Assembly: GCF_036365525.1 (NCBI RefSeq)
Contig: NC_090373.1
Span: 66,284,441-66,348,440 of the forward strand
Reading direction: 5' to 3'
Source: Heterodontus francisci
Lineage: Eukaryota
DNA: 64,000 bases
Below are positions 49,299 to 61,759 of the stretch, piece by piece. The position numbers and the translations under genes are program-made. Position 1 is the stretch's first letter. Every line of letters begins with the position of its first letter. The notes beneath the pieces were generated by a model. The model was given only the letters and a program-made list of their open reading frames with translations. It ran no database searches and was not told where the DNA came from.

Positions 49299-49910
49299 AG
49301 GCTGAATTTTTCTGCTTACCTGAAAGGCCCACCACTGGGGACAAAGGTGGGAGGCGACCCCACTTTGGCTGGCGCTGGCAACCTGGGGTGGCATATTGCT
49401 GGTGGGGGCCTCTTAATTGGCTGCCACTGGGGCTGCCATCCAATTGAGGCTGCAGCTCCAGGATGAAGGTCCCTCAACGGTGAGGCGCCCTCGAAGAGCA
49501 GGTAGGTTTTGGGGAGGAAGCTGGAGCCAGGCAGGAAAGTCCTGGTGATTGGACTGGGGACTCGTGGTGCACCGGTGATGGCGTTTCTGCAGGGACAAAC
49601 ATTGCCAGCAGGGGGCCCCTCTGTGGGCCGTGGAGTGCCCATAAAGGAGGTCCTCCCTCAGCAATCTGCTGGGAGGCTGCCAGGCCGTGGCAAGCAGAAT
49701 GCCCACAGAGTTGGGAAGTGGTCTTTAATTGGGCCATTAGGTGGTTCAATTGGGTGCCAGGTGGGTGGCCGCACCGCTAATGTTCCCGCTGCTGGCATTA
49801 TGCCGTGGCAGCAGGAAGACGTCAGGCTCCCCTCCTGATGCCTTCCCATGCTATAATGCCAGCCCTCCCGCCTCCCAGCCTGTCTCCAATGGGCCATGAA
49901 AATTCAGCCC
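49299..49910. mobile_element. MITE, Harbinger-like
   Basis: TIR AGGCTGAATTT / AAATTCAGCCC; perfect TSD AAC. Confidence 0.88.
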
Positions 49911-50054
49911 AACGTTTCATGTACCAATGAAAGGTCATTGACCTGAAATCGCAACTCTGTTTCTAACCCCACAGGTGCTGTCTGACCTGCTGAGTATTTC
50001 TAGCATATTCTGCATTTATCAACAAGACTGTGATATAAAAATAGCTTTTTGAAT

Positions 50055-50093
50055 GAGTTCTGATGAAAGGTCAGCAACCGGAAACATTAACTC
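50055..50093 (+). ncRNA. Minimal hammerhead ribozyme motif, partly decayed
   Basis: GAGUU-CUGAUGA-AAGGUCAGCAACCG-GAA-ACAU-U-AACUC; ACGU to ACAU is consistent with CpG decay; stem II is weakened. Confidence 0.6.
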
Positions 50094-51012
50094 TGTTTGT
50101 CTCTCTCTGTTTCCTGGCCTGTATTTCCAGCATTTGCTCATGTTATTTCAGATTTCCAGCATTCACAGTATTTTGCTCTTGTGTTTTTAGCTTTCCGAAT
50201 GTATTTGTGATTAGATAACTAGAGAGGTGGAAAAGCAGGAAAGTTGAATCGTCTTTCTGCATGGTCAAAAGAGTAAATAATAAATTACATTGATTTGCTG
50301 AGCTATTCTTCAAACGTGCACCATGGAACCAAAGTGTCAAGTTGAGCCTGAGTTTGTGAAATGCTGCAGTATTCAGTTTAAAATCAGTGATATCCTTGGA
50401 ATGGCATGATAGTAAAACAAAATTATAACTGATGTCCTGAACATAATAATCAATCTAGTAAGTGTGATACATGCTGACATACCAGATGTTTTGTGAGTTC
50501 AAATTCCAGTCTGTATTGACAAACAACCCATTGTTTCTCAAGAGATAAGGTTTACCATCTTTCTGGCAGCCCACCAGCTAGAGTAATTTCAGTAGCTGAA
50601 TGTTCCATTGTGGTGAGGATGTAGAAATAGCATGTCAGAACCATTGTGCCCCATGGAAGCATATCTTCTGCCTGTCAATCATTGAACAATGTCAACAGCA
50701 AACATTGAGGATTCCATGGCACAGAGCATCCGGCTTTTCCCAGATGAAGGAGAAAATACGGAGTGGGGTGGAGCAAATAAACCAAATGGTGTCATGGAAC
50801 AAACTACAGTGTCCTTTCAGTAGTAAACTCATATGTACTCAGTGTGGAATTATTAAAAAGTCAGAAAACAGCACTTGATGGCTTTTGCTGTGGATACTGA
50901 AGAGAAGATGTTTTGAAAACACTCTTTTAAGTAGTACAGCTCTCTTTGGAAGTAGAATTTTGACTCTGGAATCAAAATAACTAATATTTTTTTCATTTTA
51001 GGACAACATATT

Positions 51013-51552
51013 GGGGTGATTTTAACTATCAGGTGGCCAGCTGGCAGAGTGCACAGGTTGGCATCTGATCCCTCAGGAGGGTGGCCAAGTCCCTTTTGAA
51101 GGTCAGGCATCATTAACATAAGTTGCATGCTCCAAAGTGGTGACCTGCTGCAAGTCACGGGCTCCGGGACAGCACGATATCGGGCAGACTGGAGGCCGAC
51201 CCGGCACTCAGGAAGATGGGCCACGGAGGAGGGGATTGCGATCATGCGGGATCATGGGAGCAGCCCACATTTATCTTGTGGAGCCTGGAGGCCAAGCACC
51301 AGAAAAATATTTTTCAGACCTACCTTTTTGAGTCTCTTCCTTTTGATCATCAGATTTTACTGAGTGGAGGTAGGCCCTCCAATTTGCATAGAATAATGAG
51401 GCTCCAGCCTGATTCAGGTGGGTCCCCGAGCTGTCCAATCTAAGGTCTGAGTTAAAATGGTAGTGGAGGGAGAATGGGTATGTGTTGGCCACCTTGATTT
51501 TAACTCTGCAACTAACCCATTTCCACTGGGTGGAAAAAGTTAAATTTGTCCC
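51013..51552. mobile_element. Older MITE-like element
   Basis: Imperfect TIR GGGGTGATTTTAACT / AGTTAAATTTGTCCC; GC-rich interior; flanks ATT/ACT. Confidence 0.6.
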
Positions 51553-51660
51553 CACTGTGTGACTGTAAAATGAATTTTGTGATGAATTGGAACATCCAAT
51601 TTTGTTCAACTTATTGAAAATATGTCAAATATAAAATTTGTTTCCCTTTCCATCTGTTAG

Positions 51661-51990
51661 ATGATTGAATCAAGATGTTAAACTGAGGCCCTGTCTGCCC
51701 TCTTAGTTGGATGTAAAGGATTCTACAGCACTATTAAAGGAAGGACAGGGCCTCAGTTTAACGTTGGCCATTGTCTTGGACAAACGTTATCTCTCAACCA
51801 GCATCTAATAAAACAGATGACCTGGTTATTTATTTCATTGCTCTTGGTGGTATCTTGCCATGTGAAAATTGACTGCTGCATTTCCTGCATCATAACCGTG
51901 ACACTTCCAAAAGTACTAATTAGGTTGTAAAGCACTGGGATGTCTTGAGGTTGTGAAAGGCACTATATAAATGTAAGTTCTTTCTATCTT
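51661..51990 (+). mobile_element. DeuSINE/SacSINE1-type SINE
   Basis: GATGTTAAACTGAGGCCCTGTCTGCCCTC...GTGAAAGGCACTATATAAATG; inverse of 25718-26050. Confidence 0.8.
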
Positions 51991-52235
51991 GCTTTGTATA
52001 GATGTGGACAGCATCACAGGTTTTTAAACACAGCAACATGATTGGGAGACAATGACAAAGAGAAACCAACCGAATAACTGTATTGATGTACATTCTATTT
52101 TAATTGTTAACTTTTGAAGTATTTTGCTTCTCCCCTCTCTATACTTTTCTCATGCCAAATACTACCTGCGGTGAAAAGAAACATAGATTGACGTGTTCCT
52201 GTATTAAAAACTGCTTCATGTGATTGCGTATGTAT

Positions 52236-52250
52236 CCAGCAGAGGGAGCT
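52236..52250 (+). promoter_or_regulatory. CTCF-like motif
   Basis: CCAGCAGAGGGAGCT closely fits the CCASYAGRKGGCRS core; located in non-repeat DNA. Confidence 0.5.
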
Positions 52251-52619
52251 AGTATTGGAGGTGGTTCATGTGGGCAGGCATTTGGCTGGGATGTTTGTGA
52301 TCAACAGGTTAGAAAGTGGTCGCTGAAATAATAGAGATAGTAATCTTGTAAAATAAGTCGCTCCTCCTCAGTTGTATTTAGTATATAATTTTACACGTAA
52401 GAGCTCCTAGGACTCCTTTAAACAACTCACCTTGTTACAACCTCTCGCCTCTCAATTAAAATCTTCATTCTCTACTGCCTTCCCCAAGTACCATAAAAAA
52501 TTTCCCACCGAGATATCATCGCTGTTTTCTTCCCTGAGCCTCTACACCGAGTGACTTGTCATCCTTGGTGATTTCAGCCTCCATCTCAATCCATCATGCT
52601 CTTTCTTCTTTGAGTTCAT

Positions 52620-52885
52620 CCAGGTAAGTGGAGAATATTCCATCACACTTCTGACTTGTGCCTTGAAGGTGGTGAGAGAATTTGGAGAGTCGGGGGTGAG
52701 CCACACCACACAAAGCAGCCGTAGCATTTATGTGAGTGGTCCAGTTCAGTTTCTGGCCAATGGTGAACTCCAGGATGTTGATGGTGGGGGATTCCATGAT
52801 GGCAATGCCATTGAATGTCAAGGGGAGATGGCACTTGTGTGGAGCCAATATTACTTGCTACTTACCAATCCAAACCTGGATGATA
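52620..52885 (-). mobile_element. Zenon-like LINE internal fragment
   Basis: ORF 52594-52848 HLPLTFNGIAIMESPTINIL...QKLNWTTHIN matches ORF 62899-63993. Confidence 0.82.
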
Positions 52886-53073
52886 ATTAGAAAAATAACA
52901 ATCTGTGCTACTGGTGCAAGATGATATGTCTTTTTATATTACTTTTTTAAAAAAAGATCATCAATCTTATTTTACACAACAGCCGGTAAGTAATGGATGT
53001 TTTATGATGCAGTCTGCTGCATAAAAAAGGTATGTAAACCTCTGATCCATATTAAAGTAGACCGTTGTAGGAG

Positions 53074-53980
53074 TGTTATGTAGGCCCCCACCTGCCAAGA
53101 ATGAGGCATATTAATTTTGTCATATGAACATTGATTTTAAACTTGCTGGGAAGAAGTGAAGGCCTGTTACAAGGGCTGCCAGACACTTAGCTGAAAAACA
53201 TTTACATACTAACAGACAGTGCTTGTGGAGACAAAAGGACCATTTCCTGACACATTCAACCCACAATGGATTTTGATCGCCAGACATTGAAGGTGTAAGA
53301 AAAAGCATTCCAGAGACTGCTAAGGTGAAATAATCCACAAAAGCCAGGGCTGGTTAAAACAGCTGGTCACATGACTAACTGGTCGGCCCAGGGTTTTTGA
53401 ACTAGCCACAGAGTTTTTGAACTGAAAAGAAGACTTTGCTCCTGGAGTGAGAAGACCTTTCCTGTCTGCTTTCATCTCTTTCTCATAAGCCTCTGGACCC
53501 ACTGAGGACACATGAACTTCAAGAAAGAAAAGTCTCCTACCTTGAACAAGGTTTAAGAAGAATACTGGGTCCCAACAAAAAGCAAGACCTACCTAGAATC
53601 AAGGACTTTACTGCACGCTCGAAGAACAGTAAATAAAACTGTCTTCAGATATAGCCTCAAACTTTTCCACTTTATTTCTTCTGCTCTTTTCTGTCTCTAT
53701 CTGCATGTGTGTATCCCATATGCATGCTACCGTGGGCACGTCGTGGATCCGTAGTTGTTAACTGAATTAGAGTTTAAGTTTAATCAAGTTCAACCTTTTT
53801 TCTTTAAACCTAAGAAAACCTGTCCGGCTAGTTTCTTTGCCTTATAATTGGAAAGCGGTGAACAAGGATTCACTAAGGCGGAGCTAAAAGAACGGTATGT
53901 TTAAAATTAAGCTCTGTTACGGTAAGACCAGGTGAAGCCTGAAACGGAACCCTAGACCCCTTTCTCACCTGGTCGTAACA
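53074..53980 (+). mobile_element. Solo LTR, Pro-primed Gypsy family (opposite orientation to the other copies)
   Basis: TGTTATG...GGTCGTAACA; reverse complement of the 4064/20707 LTR type; flanks AGGAG/GGGAG. Confidence 0.88.
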
Positions 53981-54404
53981 GGGAGTGTCTTCAGTGCCAC
54001 CATGCACAGCTAGAAATGAGACATCTCCTTCAATTTAATTTTTGATAAGGTACAGCTTTCCCCTCAAGATGGGCCCTCAAGATTGTATTGACAATTAGCT
54101 GAGTATTGTAATTTTTAAATATTATTAAGGACTATATTTGAGGGACTGGTTTTATGAAACTCCAGTGAATAAACGATTGAGTTAAGTGCAGGGGAGGGGG
54201 CCAGCTGAGGTTCCTGATATGTAATATTTGCATAATATGGTAGACCCTGGATGCACTGAATGTGTGAGAGGATCACGCATGCAGGATACACCATCACATT
54301 GGAGAGTCTGATGGCTCCTTGAATTCACATTCCAGAAGGTGGCCACCTTGCAGACAGAGTGAGTTAGTGAGAAAGGAAGGTAGGTGACCATACATCAGGC
54401 TCAG

Positions 54405-55295
54405 AGAGACAATTTGCTGATGATATAAAGCGAGGTAGGAATGCAAGCTGTGAGGAGGACACAAAGGCTGCAAAGAGATGTAGACTGGTGAGTGGAAAAC
54501 AAGGTGGCAGATGGAGTATAATGTGGGGAAGTGTATGGTTATTCACTTTGGTAATAAACATGGAAAGGCAGAATATTTTTAAAAGGCGTGAAACTTCTAA
54601 ATATTGATGTTAAGAGACACTTGGGTGTGCTCGTACGAGGAACACAGAAAGTGAGCATGCAGGTACAGCAAGCAATTGGAAGGCAAATGGCATGTTGGCC
54701 TTTATTGCAAGAGGATTGGAGTACAAGAAATAGGAAGTCTTGCTACAGTTGTGTAGGGCTTTGATGAAAGCACACTTGGAGTTCTGTGTGCAGTTTTGGT
54801 CTCCATATCTAAGGAAAGATATACTTGCCTCAGAGGTGGTACAGCGAAGGTTCACTGGATTGGTTCCTGGGATGAGAGGGTTGTCCTAGGATGAGAGGCT
54901 TGAGTTTAGAAGAATGAGAGGTGATCTCATTGAACCGTATAAGATTCCGAAGGGGCTGGATAGGGTAGACACTGAGAGTTTATTTCTGCTGGTCGGGGAA
55001 TCTAAAACACGGGGGCACAGACTCAGGATAAGCGACCAATCATTTAGAACTGAGATAGGGAGAAATTTCTTCACTCAAAGGGTTGTGAATCTTCAGAATT
55101 CTCTACCTCAGAGGGTTGTGGATACTCCATCATTGAATATATTCAAGGCTGGCTATTTAGATTTTTGATCTCAGGAAATCAAGGGATGTGGGGACTGAGC
55201 AGGAAAGTGAAGCTGAGGCAGAATGTCAGCCATGATTGTATTGAATGGCGGAGATAGTTCCAGGGGCCATATGTCTACTCCAACTTCTATTTCTT
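54405..55295 (+). mobile_element. CR1 3' fragment, decayed
   Basis: TTTGCTGATGAT (FADD) at 54413; ORF 54914-55168 MRGDLIEPYKI...FFTQRVVNL. Confidence 0.88.
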
Positions 55296-55359
55296 TTATA
55301 ATAGCAGAGGTTCTGACCATAACCTTTCAAACTTCCTTAGATATGAAAGTTGTGATAGA

Positions 55360-56130
55360 TTTAGTTGTAAACCAAAAAGCACATGGGAAAGGCATCCGCT
55401 ACTATGTCCAGACTGGCCAAGAGGGTGTGGGAAAATGGCACACTGACGCGGAACACAAACGTCCGAGTGTATCAAGCCTGTGTCCTCAGTACCTTGCTCT
55501 ACGGCAGCGAGGCCTGGACAACGTATGCCAGCCAAGAGCGACGTCTCAATTCATTCCATCTTCGCTGTCTCCGGAGAATCCTTGGCATCAGGTGGCAGGA
55601 CCATATCTCCAACACAGAAGTCCTCGAGGCAGCCAACATCCCCAGCATATACGCCCTACTGAGTCAGCGGCGCTTGAGATGGCTTGGCCATGTGTGCCGC
55701 ATGGCAGATGGCAGGATCTCCAAGGATACATTGTACAGCGAGCTCGTCACTGGTATCAGACCCACCGGCCGTCCATGTCTCTGCTTTAAAGACGTCTGCA
55801 AACATGACATGAAGTCCTGTGACATTGATCACAAGTCGTGGGAGTCAGTTGCCAGTGATTGCCAGAGCTGGCGGACAGCCATAAAGGCGGGGCTAAAGTG
55901 TGGCGAGTCGAAGAGACTTAGCAGTTGGCAGGAAAAAAGACAGAAGCGCAAGGCAAGATCCACCTGTGTAACAGCCCCGACAACCAATTTTATCTGCAGC
56001 ACCTGTGGAAGAGTCTGTCACTCTAGAATTGGACTTTATAGCCACTCCAGGCGCTGCTTCACAAACCACTGACCACCTCCAGGCACTTACCCATTGTCTC
56101 TCGAGACAAGGAGGCCAAAGAACAAGAAGA
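55360..56130 (+). mobile_element. RTE LINE 3' fragment with an uninterrupted 229-aa ORF
   Basis: VYQACVLSTLLYGSEAW, RRLRWLGHVCRM, C2H2-like CSTCGRVCHSRIGLYSH; (AAG)n-like tail. Confidence 0.92.
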
Positions 56131-57368
56131 TAGAGGTCTGGAGTGTTGTCAGTCTTACACTGCTGTTCAAGAAGAAGAACATTTTATTAACCAGGTGACC
56201 AGGAGACTAGTTGGTCTAACATCAGCAGTGGGTATAGAAGCCATAATATGGGATGAATTTAATACTCACTACCACAGGCATAGATTAATTAATTGACAAC
56301 TGACATAGATTTGTAAAAGGGAACTCATGTCTGACAAATATAGTAGAATCCTTGTGAGGAAATAACAGAATGCATTGAATAAAGGGAATCTTGTGGATGT
56401 TGTGTATATGGAATTTGACAATGGTGTTTGATAAGGTAGAGCATTGGAAGATTGTTAATAAAATTGAGGCAAATGATATTAAAGAGAGTGAGAGAGTGTG
56501 GCAGGGAGGGAGGTTGGGAATGGAGGTGGATGGGACCTGAAAATTACAAGGCCGGCTGGCATGCTGGTTAACCGACCCTGTTCCCGACGTCTGCCACTTT
56601 GGCCGATGTGCATTCGGGGCCCGACAAGGCTGCCTGTCCCCCTGAGGCGGGCAGGCAGTTAGGCTCATTAAGAGCCTTGTTAACCAGGGATTAAGGAGGC
56701 TGACTGGAATTTTCCAGTGCAGTCAAAGGCCACCCTGTAGAGCGGCTCCCTCCCTCACCACCTCACCAACCACCACCACGCGCCCCCCCCCCCCCCCCCC
56801 ACCACCCCAATGCTTTCTCTACTTTCAATTAAATATTTTTAAAGTGACTGAGAGGGCATCTTCCTGTTGAAGCGCCCTCTCATTTACTTAGCTTTCATTG
56901 CAGATGGGTGCTTCTCTGAAGCTAGAAGGCCCTCCAGCTTTGAAAGCCTACCTGTCGCCCTTAATTGGACAGGGAACCTGTCTTTATGCCAATTAAGGGG
57001 GTGCCCCAGTCAAAATTCAAACAAGTGACTGTTTCCCCCTGGGGGGGTGGGTTCGAGACCCAGAAACAGTCCCGGCTCCTGTTTCCCATCCTCAAGGTGA
57101 AAATTCAGCAGATAACAGACAGTAGTGGTTAACTGATGTTGTTCAAACTACAGGTGTAAACAATAAAGTTCTCCAGTATCACCGTTGGGTTCATGCCTCT
57201 TAGATTATTTATGGAGCACAATATTAAAATTTTCAGAAAACAATAATGTCAAGAGCATGATAAACTATGATGAGGACTGTAAGCAACTTCAGCAGGACAA
57301 AGCTAGGCTTTGTACATTGGGATAGATATCAACTGAAATTTAATGTTGAGCAATGCAAGCTGATAGGT

Positions 57369-58603
57369 CTGGCCCATATCCCACTCCTGCGCTGTGGCGG
57401 TCACACGAGCCATTTTCCGCTTCATCTGGGGATCTAAAATGGACCGGGTCCGGAGGGACACGATGTTCAAATCTCTGGACAAGGGCGGGAAAAATGTACC
57501 CAACGTGGCCCTCATCCTGATGACCACCTTCGTGTGCGGCTGCATCAAGCCGTGTGTAGACCTCCAGTACGCAAACTCCAAGTGTCACTACGTGCTGAGG
57601 TTCTATCTGTCCCCGGTGTTGCGAAGGATGGGCCTGGTCACATTGCCGCGGAACGCTCCATGCAGTTGGAATGTGCCGTACCACCTATCCTTCGTGGAGC
57701 AGTTCCTGTGGGAAAACACTTTGACCACCGATCCATCAGGCAGTGGTCTGCACAGAATGTCCTCAAGGCCCTACGGGAAAAGGAGACGGGGGATCCTGTC
57801 AGATGGTTCCCCGAGCAGACTGTCAAAGTCATTTGGCGGAATGCCTCATCACCAGAACTTTCAAACGAGCACCAAGATGTAGCTTGGCTGGTGGTGAGAA
57901 GGGCCCTCCCCGTCAGATCCTTCCTGCACGCCCGAAGTCTCGCCCCCTCCACGCAATGCCCCCGTGGTGGCTGTGGTGGGGAAGAGACGGTTGCCCACCT
58001 CCTCCTGGAATGTGTCTTTGCAAAGCAGGTGTGGAAAGAGATGCAGTGGTTTTTGTCGAGGTTCATCCCAAGCAGCTCTGTAACACAGGAGTCTGTGCTC
58101 TACGGGCTGTTCCCAGGAACACACACCAAGACAAACATCAACTGCTGCTGGAGGACTATCAATTTGGTGAAAGACGCCCTTTGGTCTGCCCGCAACTTGC
58201 TGGTCTTCCAGCGCAAAGAGTTGTCCACGACCGAATGTTGCAGACTGGCACATTCCAAGGTCCAGTACTACGTGCTGAGGGACGCACTAAAGCTTGGGGC
58301 AGCCGCAGCAAAGGCTCAAAGGGGAAAGACCACAGTGTAAGGTCCCCCCACCAAGGTGAACTGAGGGGCTGGATCCATGGGAAACCCCTCGAACTGTATC
58401 GGGAAAATTTTTATTTGCTGTAAAATGTAAAAATGTTAATGGCATGACAAATGAAATGGAAGGGTTGTGAGGCAACTCATGATTGTATTGAAGGAAACTG
58501 ATCTCCCTTGCAATGTTTGTATTTTTTGGTGCTGTTTGAAACTGTTTGGCAATGTAATTTTTACAGATTTTTATGAATAAAGTATATTTTGGAAATTAAA
58601 AAA
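57369..58603 (+). mobile_element. L1/Tx1 LINE 3' fragment
   Basis: Close copy of 5365-6612; CPRGGCGGEETVAHLLLEC; AATAAA and poly(A); TSD AATGCAAGCTGATAGGT (57352-57368) vs AATGCAAACTGATAGGT (58604-58620). Confidence 0.93.
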
Positions 58604-59644
58604 AATGCAAACTGATAGGTTCAAGGAAGAATATTAAGAAGACATGATCTAATTAAAAGGAGATGGCCTATGCTGCATTCTGAGAGGTGCAGAGTCTGAG
58701 TATTTTGCTTCCTTCCAAGCTCAGCTTTCACCCCGTATTTGATATTTCTACTCCACAACATTGTGTGCCATCCCCTGCCTCTTCCTACAAGTTGCTGAAA
58801 TCCTAAGCCATGTTTTTATCACCTTACTAAATGGTAACATTTTACAAGGAGTCAAGGAGCAGAGATTTAGGGGTTATGATACATAGTTCTTTAAAAGTGA
58901 GAGGACAAGGTGATGAAGCTGTTTAAAAAAAAGCACGAGGGATCCTAGCTTTTATAAATAGAAGTGCAGAGTACAAAAGCTACAATGGATTCTACTTCCA
59001 CCAGTAGTAGGCAATTCCATGTCCTAATAGCCTTCTGCATAAATAAATGGAGCTAATCCTTCTGTTTAACAGTAAAGAAAAACACTGAGGACTGGGTATT
59101 CCAGTGGGTTGAGCAAAACGTTCCTTTTCACCCTGGTATCTGGTTTCAGATCCAGTCTACTTAGATGGGCAGAAAGTCTCCTTTGTTAACCCTAAATGAA
59201 ATAAATCTAGTGGGTCTCAAATCTCCTTGTAATTCTACAAATGCTGGCAATCTCACTCAGAAAGTATTCAGATCATAGGAAACTAACAGATGAGGAATGT
59301 CATTCAACCATCTTCATTGATCCATTCACAGCAACCCTACACTCCTCCCATTGTTGCAGTGAGTTGTTCTAAACTGATTCCAGAGTTTTTGCCTGCACCA
59401 TACTTCCCAGAAGTCCATCCTTTGTAATGGTCACTCTCTGCATAAAGAAAAACTGACATCAGCCCTAAATGTACCCTTCATTGATTGATCCTCTGTCCCT
59501 TTGTCCTGCCTGCATAGTTTAAAGTCGATATCCTCTGCTGCAGCCCCACAGGTGCATAACCCTGGTGAATTACTGGACTGTGAACTCAACTTCTTCCCCA
59601 AATCTGTTCTAGCAAAAAGATTGCTTTCTTTCATGTCCATGCAA

Positions 59645-60345
59645 ATACGAACATATGATCTAGGAGCAGGAATAGGCCATTAGGCCGCTTGAGCCTGCTC
59701 TGCCATTCTATAAGAACATGGCTGATCTTTTTGTGGGCACAACTCCGCTTTCCTGCCTACCCCCGATACCCTTTTACTCCCTTGTTTGGCAAGAGTCTGT
59801 CTACCTCTGCCTTAAAAACATTCAATGACCCTGCCTCCACCGCTCTCTGGGGAAGAGAGTTCCACAGACTCACGAGCCTCTGAGTCAAAAAAATGTCTCC
59901 TCATCTCTGTCCTAAATGGGAGACCCCTTATTTTTATATTCTTATTCTTAATATTCTTATTTTAGTCTCTCCCACAAGGGGAAACATCATTTCAACATCC
60001 GCCCTGTCAAGTCCCCTCAGGATCTTATATGTTTCAATAAGGTCGCCTCTCATCCTTCTAAACTCCAATTAATACAGATCCAACCTGTCCACCCTTTCCT
60101 CATAAGATAACCCTCTCATCCCAGGAATCAGTCGAGTGAGCCTTCTCTGAACTGCTTCCAATGTAATTATATCCTTTCTTAAGTAAGGAGACCAAAACGG
60201 TACACAATACTCTAAATGTGGTCTCACCAATGCCCTGTACAACTTTAGCAAAACATCTCTACTTTTATATTCCATTCCCTTTGCAATAAACGGCAACATT
60301 GCATTTACCTTCTTAATCACTTGCTGTACCTGCGTACTAACTTTT
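59645..60345 (-). mobile_element. CR1 3' fragment
   Basis: ORF 60069-60383 LYRALVRPHLEYCVPFWSPYLRKD...YEERVDRLDLY. Confidence 0.9.
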
Positions 60346-60880
60346 ATTGTCTTTCTCCATTCCTCTTTTCCAGATCCAGTCAAATGCTAATTCACATGTT
60401 TATCACCTTATGGCTGTGTTTTCTACCAGTGTACTTGACAGCATCTCCTCTCATAAACTACAAGTCATCCAGCATGCCAGGTGCACATCCTGATTCATGG
60501 TAAATCTCACATCCCCATCACTCAGATTATTGACATTAAGATTCTTGTTCTTATCTTCGAAACCCTTCAAGATTCTTCCCTGCTTGGCTCTGTGACCCCA
60601 CCCAGCTCTGCATCTCTGCATCCCTTTATTCATCCTCTGATCCTCCCAACATGGGCCTGTTTCTATTTGCCTGCTCCTTCTGCTGCATCATCAGCAGAAA
60701 CTCCTTCAGCCACTTAGCTCACACTCTCAGGAATTCCCTTAACATTTCCACCTTGTCACCTCACTTCATTGATACCACCTCAAAACGCAAGCCTTCAGCT
60801 GTGCTTTTGCCTCCTTCCTGTTCTCTGCCTCCTGGCTCGGTGCCCAAGAATGCTATAGAAATTGGTGGTATATGAAATAA
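60346..60880 (+). mobile_element. Decayed L2 3' region
   Basis: Pyrimidine-rich L2-like tail (CCTTCAGCCAC...GGAATTCCCT...GGCTCGGTG). Confidence 0.55.
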
Positions 60881-61597
60881 AGAATATCAGTTTGGTTTTG
60901 TACACGGCGTTATTCTGCAGGAATGTTTTTGGAAGAGTAGAAAGCTTTAATTCCATACTATACCTGATCAATGTTTAAGCTGAGTGCAGAGATGTTTTAT
61001 CTCCTGTAACTAGCCTTCAACTAAGTAAAAATAATCATCACTAAAACAAAAATATTAGTACAAGATGAAAAAGTAGCGGTGAGATATGAGATGAATTGTT
61101 GAGATTCTGTAAATCAGGGCGGATGCTTTCCCTTTCCAAACAGATGGGTTTTAGAAAAATGCAAACAAATCAAATGTGTAATTTTTCCAAGTGACTGGCT
61201 GTCAGTTTGATCAAACTGATGCATAATGCCAGCTGAGCAAACAGCATATTGGTGCCAGGGCAATTGTTATTGCTCCTTCAGATTGAATAAAACAGATGTA
61301 AAATATGGAAGTGCCATCTGCTTAAAAATAGCATGATGGTTGTTTATTTAAATATGCAATTAACCTACACTAGCCTCTTCTTTGGCCCAAGCCGACAACA
61401 TTCACTCAAGTTTATTTTAAAGTTTTTCCTCGAAATTTGATGCTTGTCATTGGCTTCTTCAGGCCATCATCTTCCCCTCTCTATTCCAGTTATGAAGCAT
61501 TCCCGAGCCAATTAGCAGAAATCCAGCCTCCACCAAATCTGCTGTGTAATGGGCTCCTTCCAGGAACTTTCTACGATGACTTGCTTGAAGTGATGTA

Positions 61598-61715
61598 AGC
61601 CTAAATTTTCCATGTACAGGATGGCAAAGGCAAGTGGAATGCATACTGTTTACTGATTTGGGCTGGCACTGGGCATGTTGGCTCGACAGTGGCTCACACA
61701 TGGAAAATTGACCCC
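61598..61715. repeat. Mini inverted-repeat element (MITE remnant)
   Basis: Perfect 12-bp inverted repeat AATTTTCCATGT / ACATGGAAAATT; the right end AAAATTGACCCC resembles the MITE TIRs. Confidence 0.55.
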
Positions 61716-61759
61716 ATATTATTAGAATTTAAAGATGTCTCCTTACTTCAGTAAATGTC

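Larger units (their letters stand above)
49197..50182. mobile_element. Cluster of Penelope-derived terminal units: an inverted pair (49197-50020, MITE inside) and a third copy (50055-50182)
   Basis: The left arm is the approximate reverse complement of the right arm; all units match 35932-36067. Confidence 0.75.
55296..58985 (+). mobile_element. Very old CR1 ORF2 remnant hosting RTE, a MITE-like insert (about 56500-57110) and Tx1
   Basis: Scattered CR1 motifs between the inserts: IAEVLTITFQTSLD, GATGTTGTGTATATGGAATTT, AAATTTAATG, AATAGAAGTGCAGAGTACAAAAGC. Confidence 0.65.
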
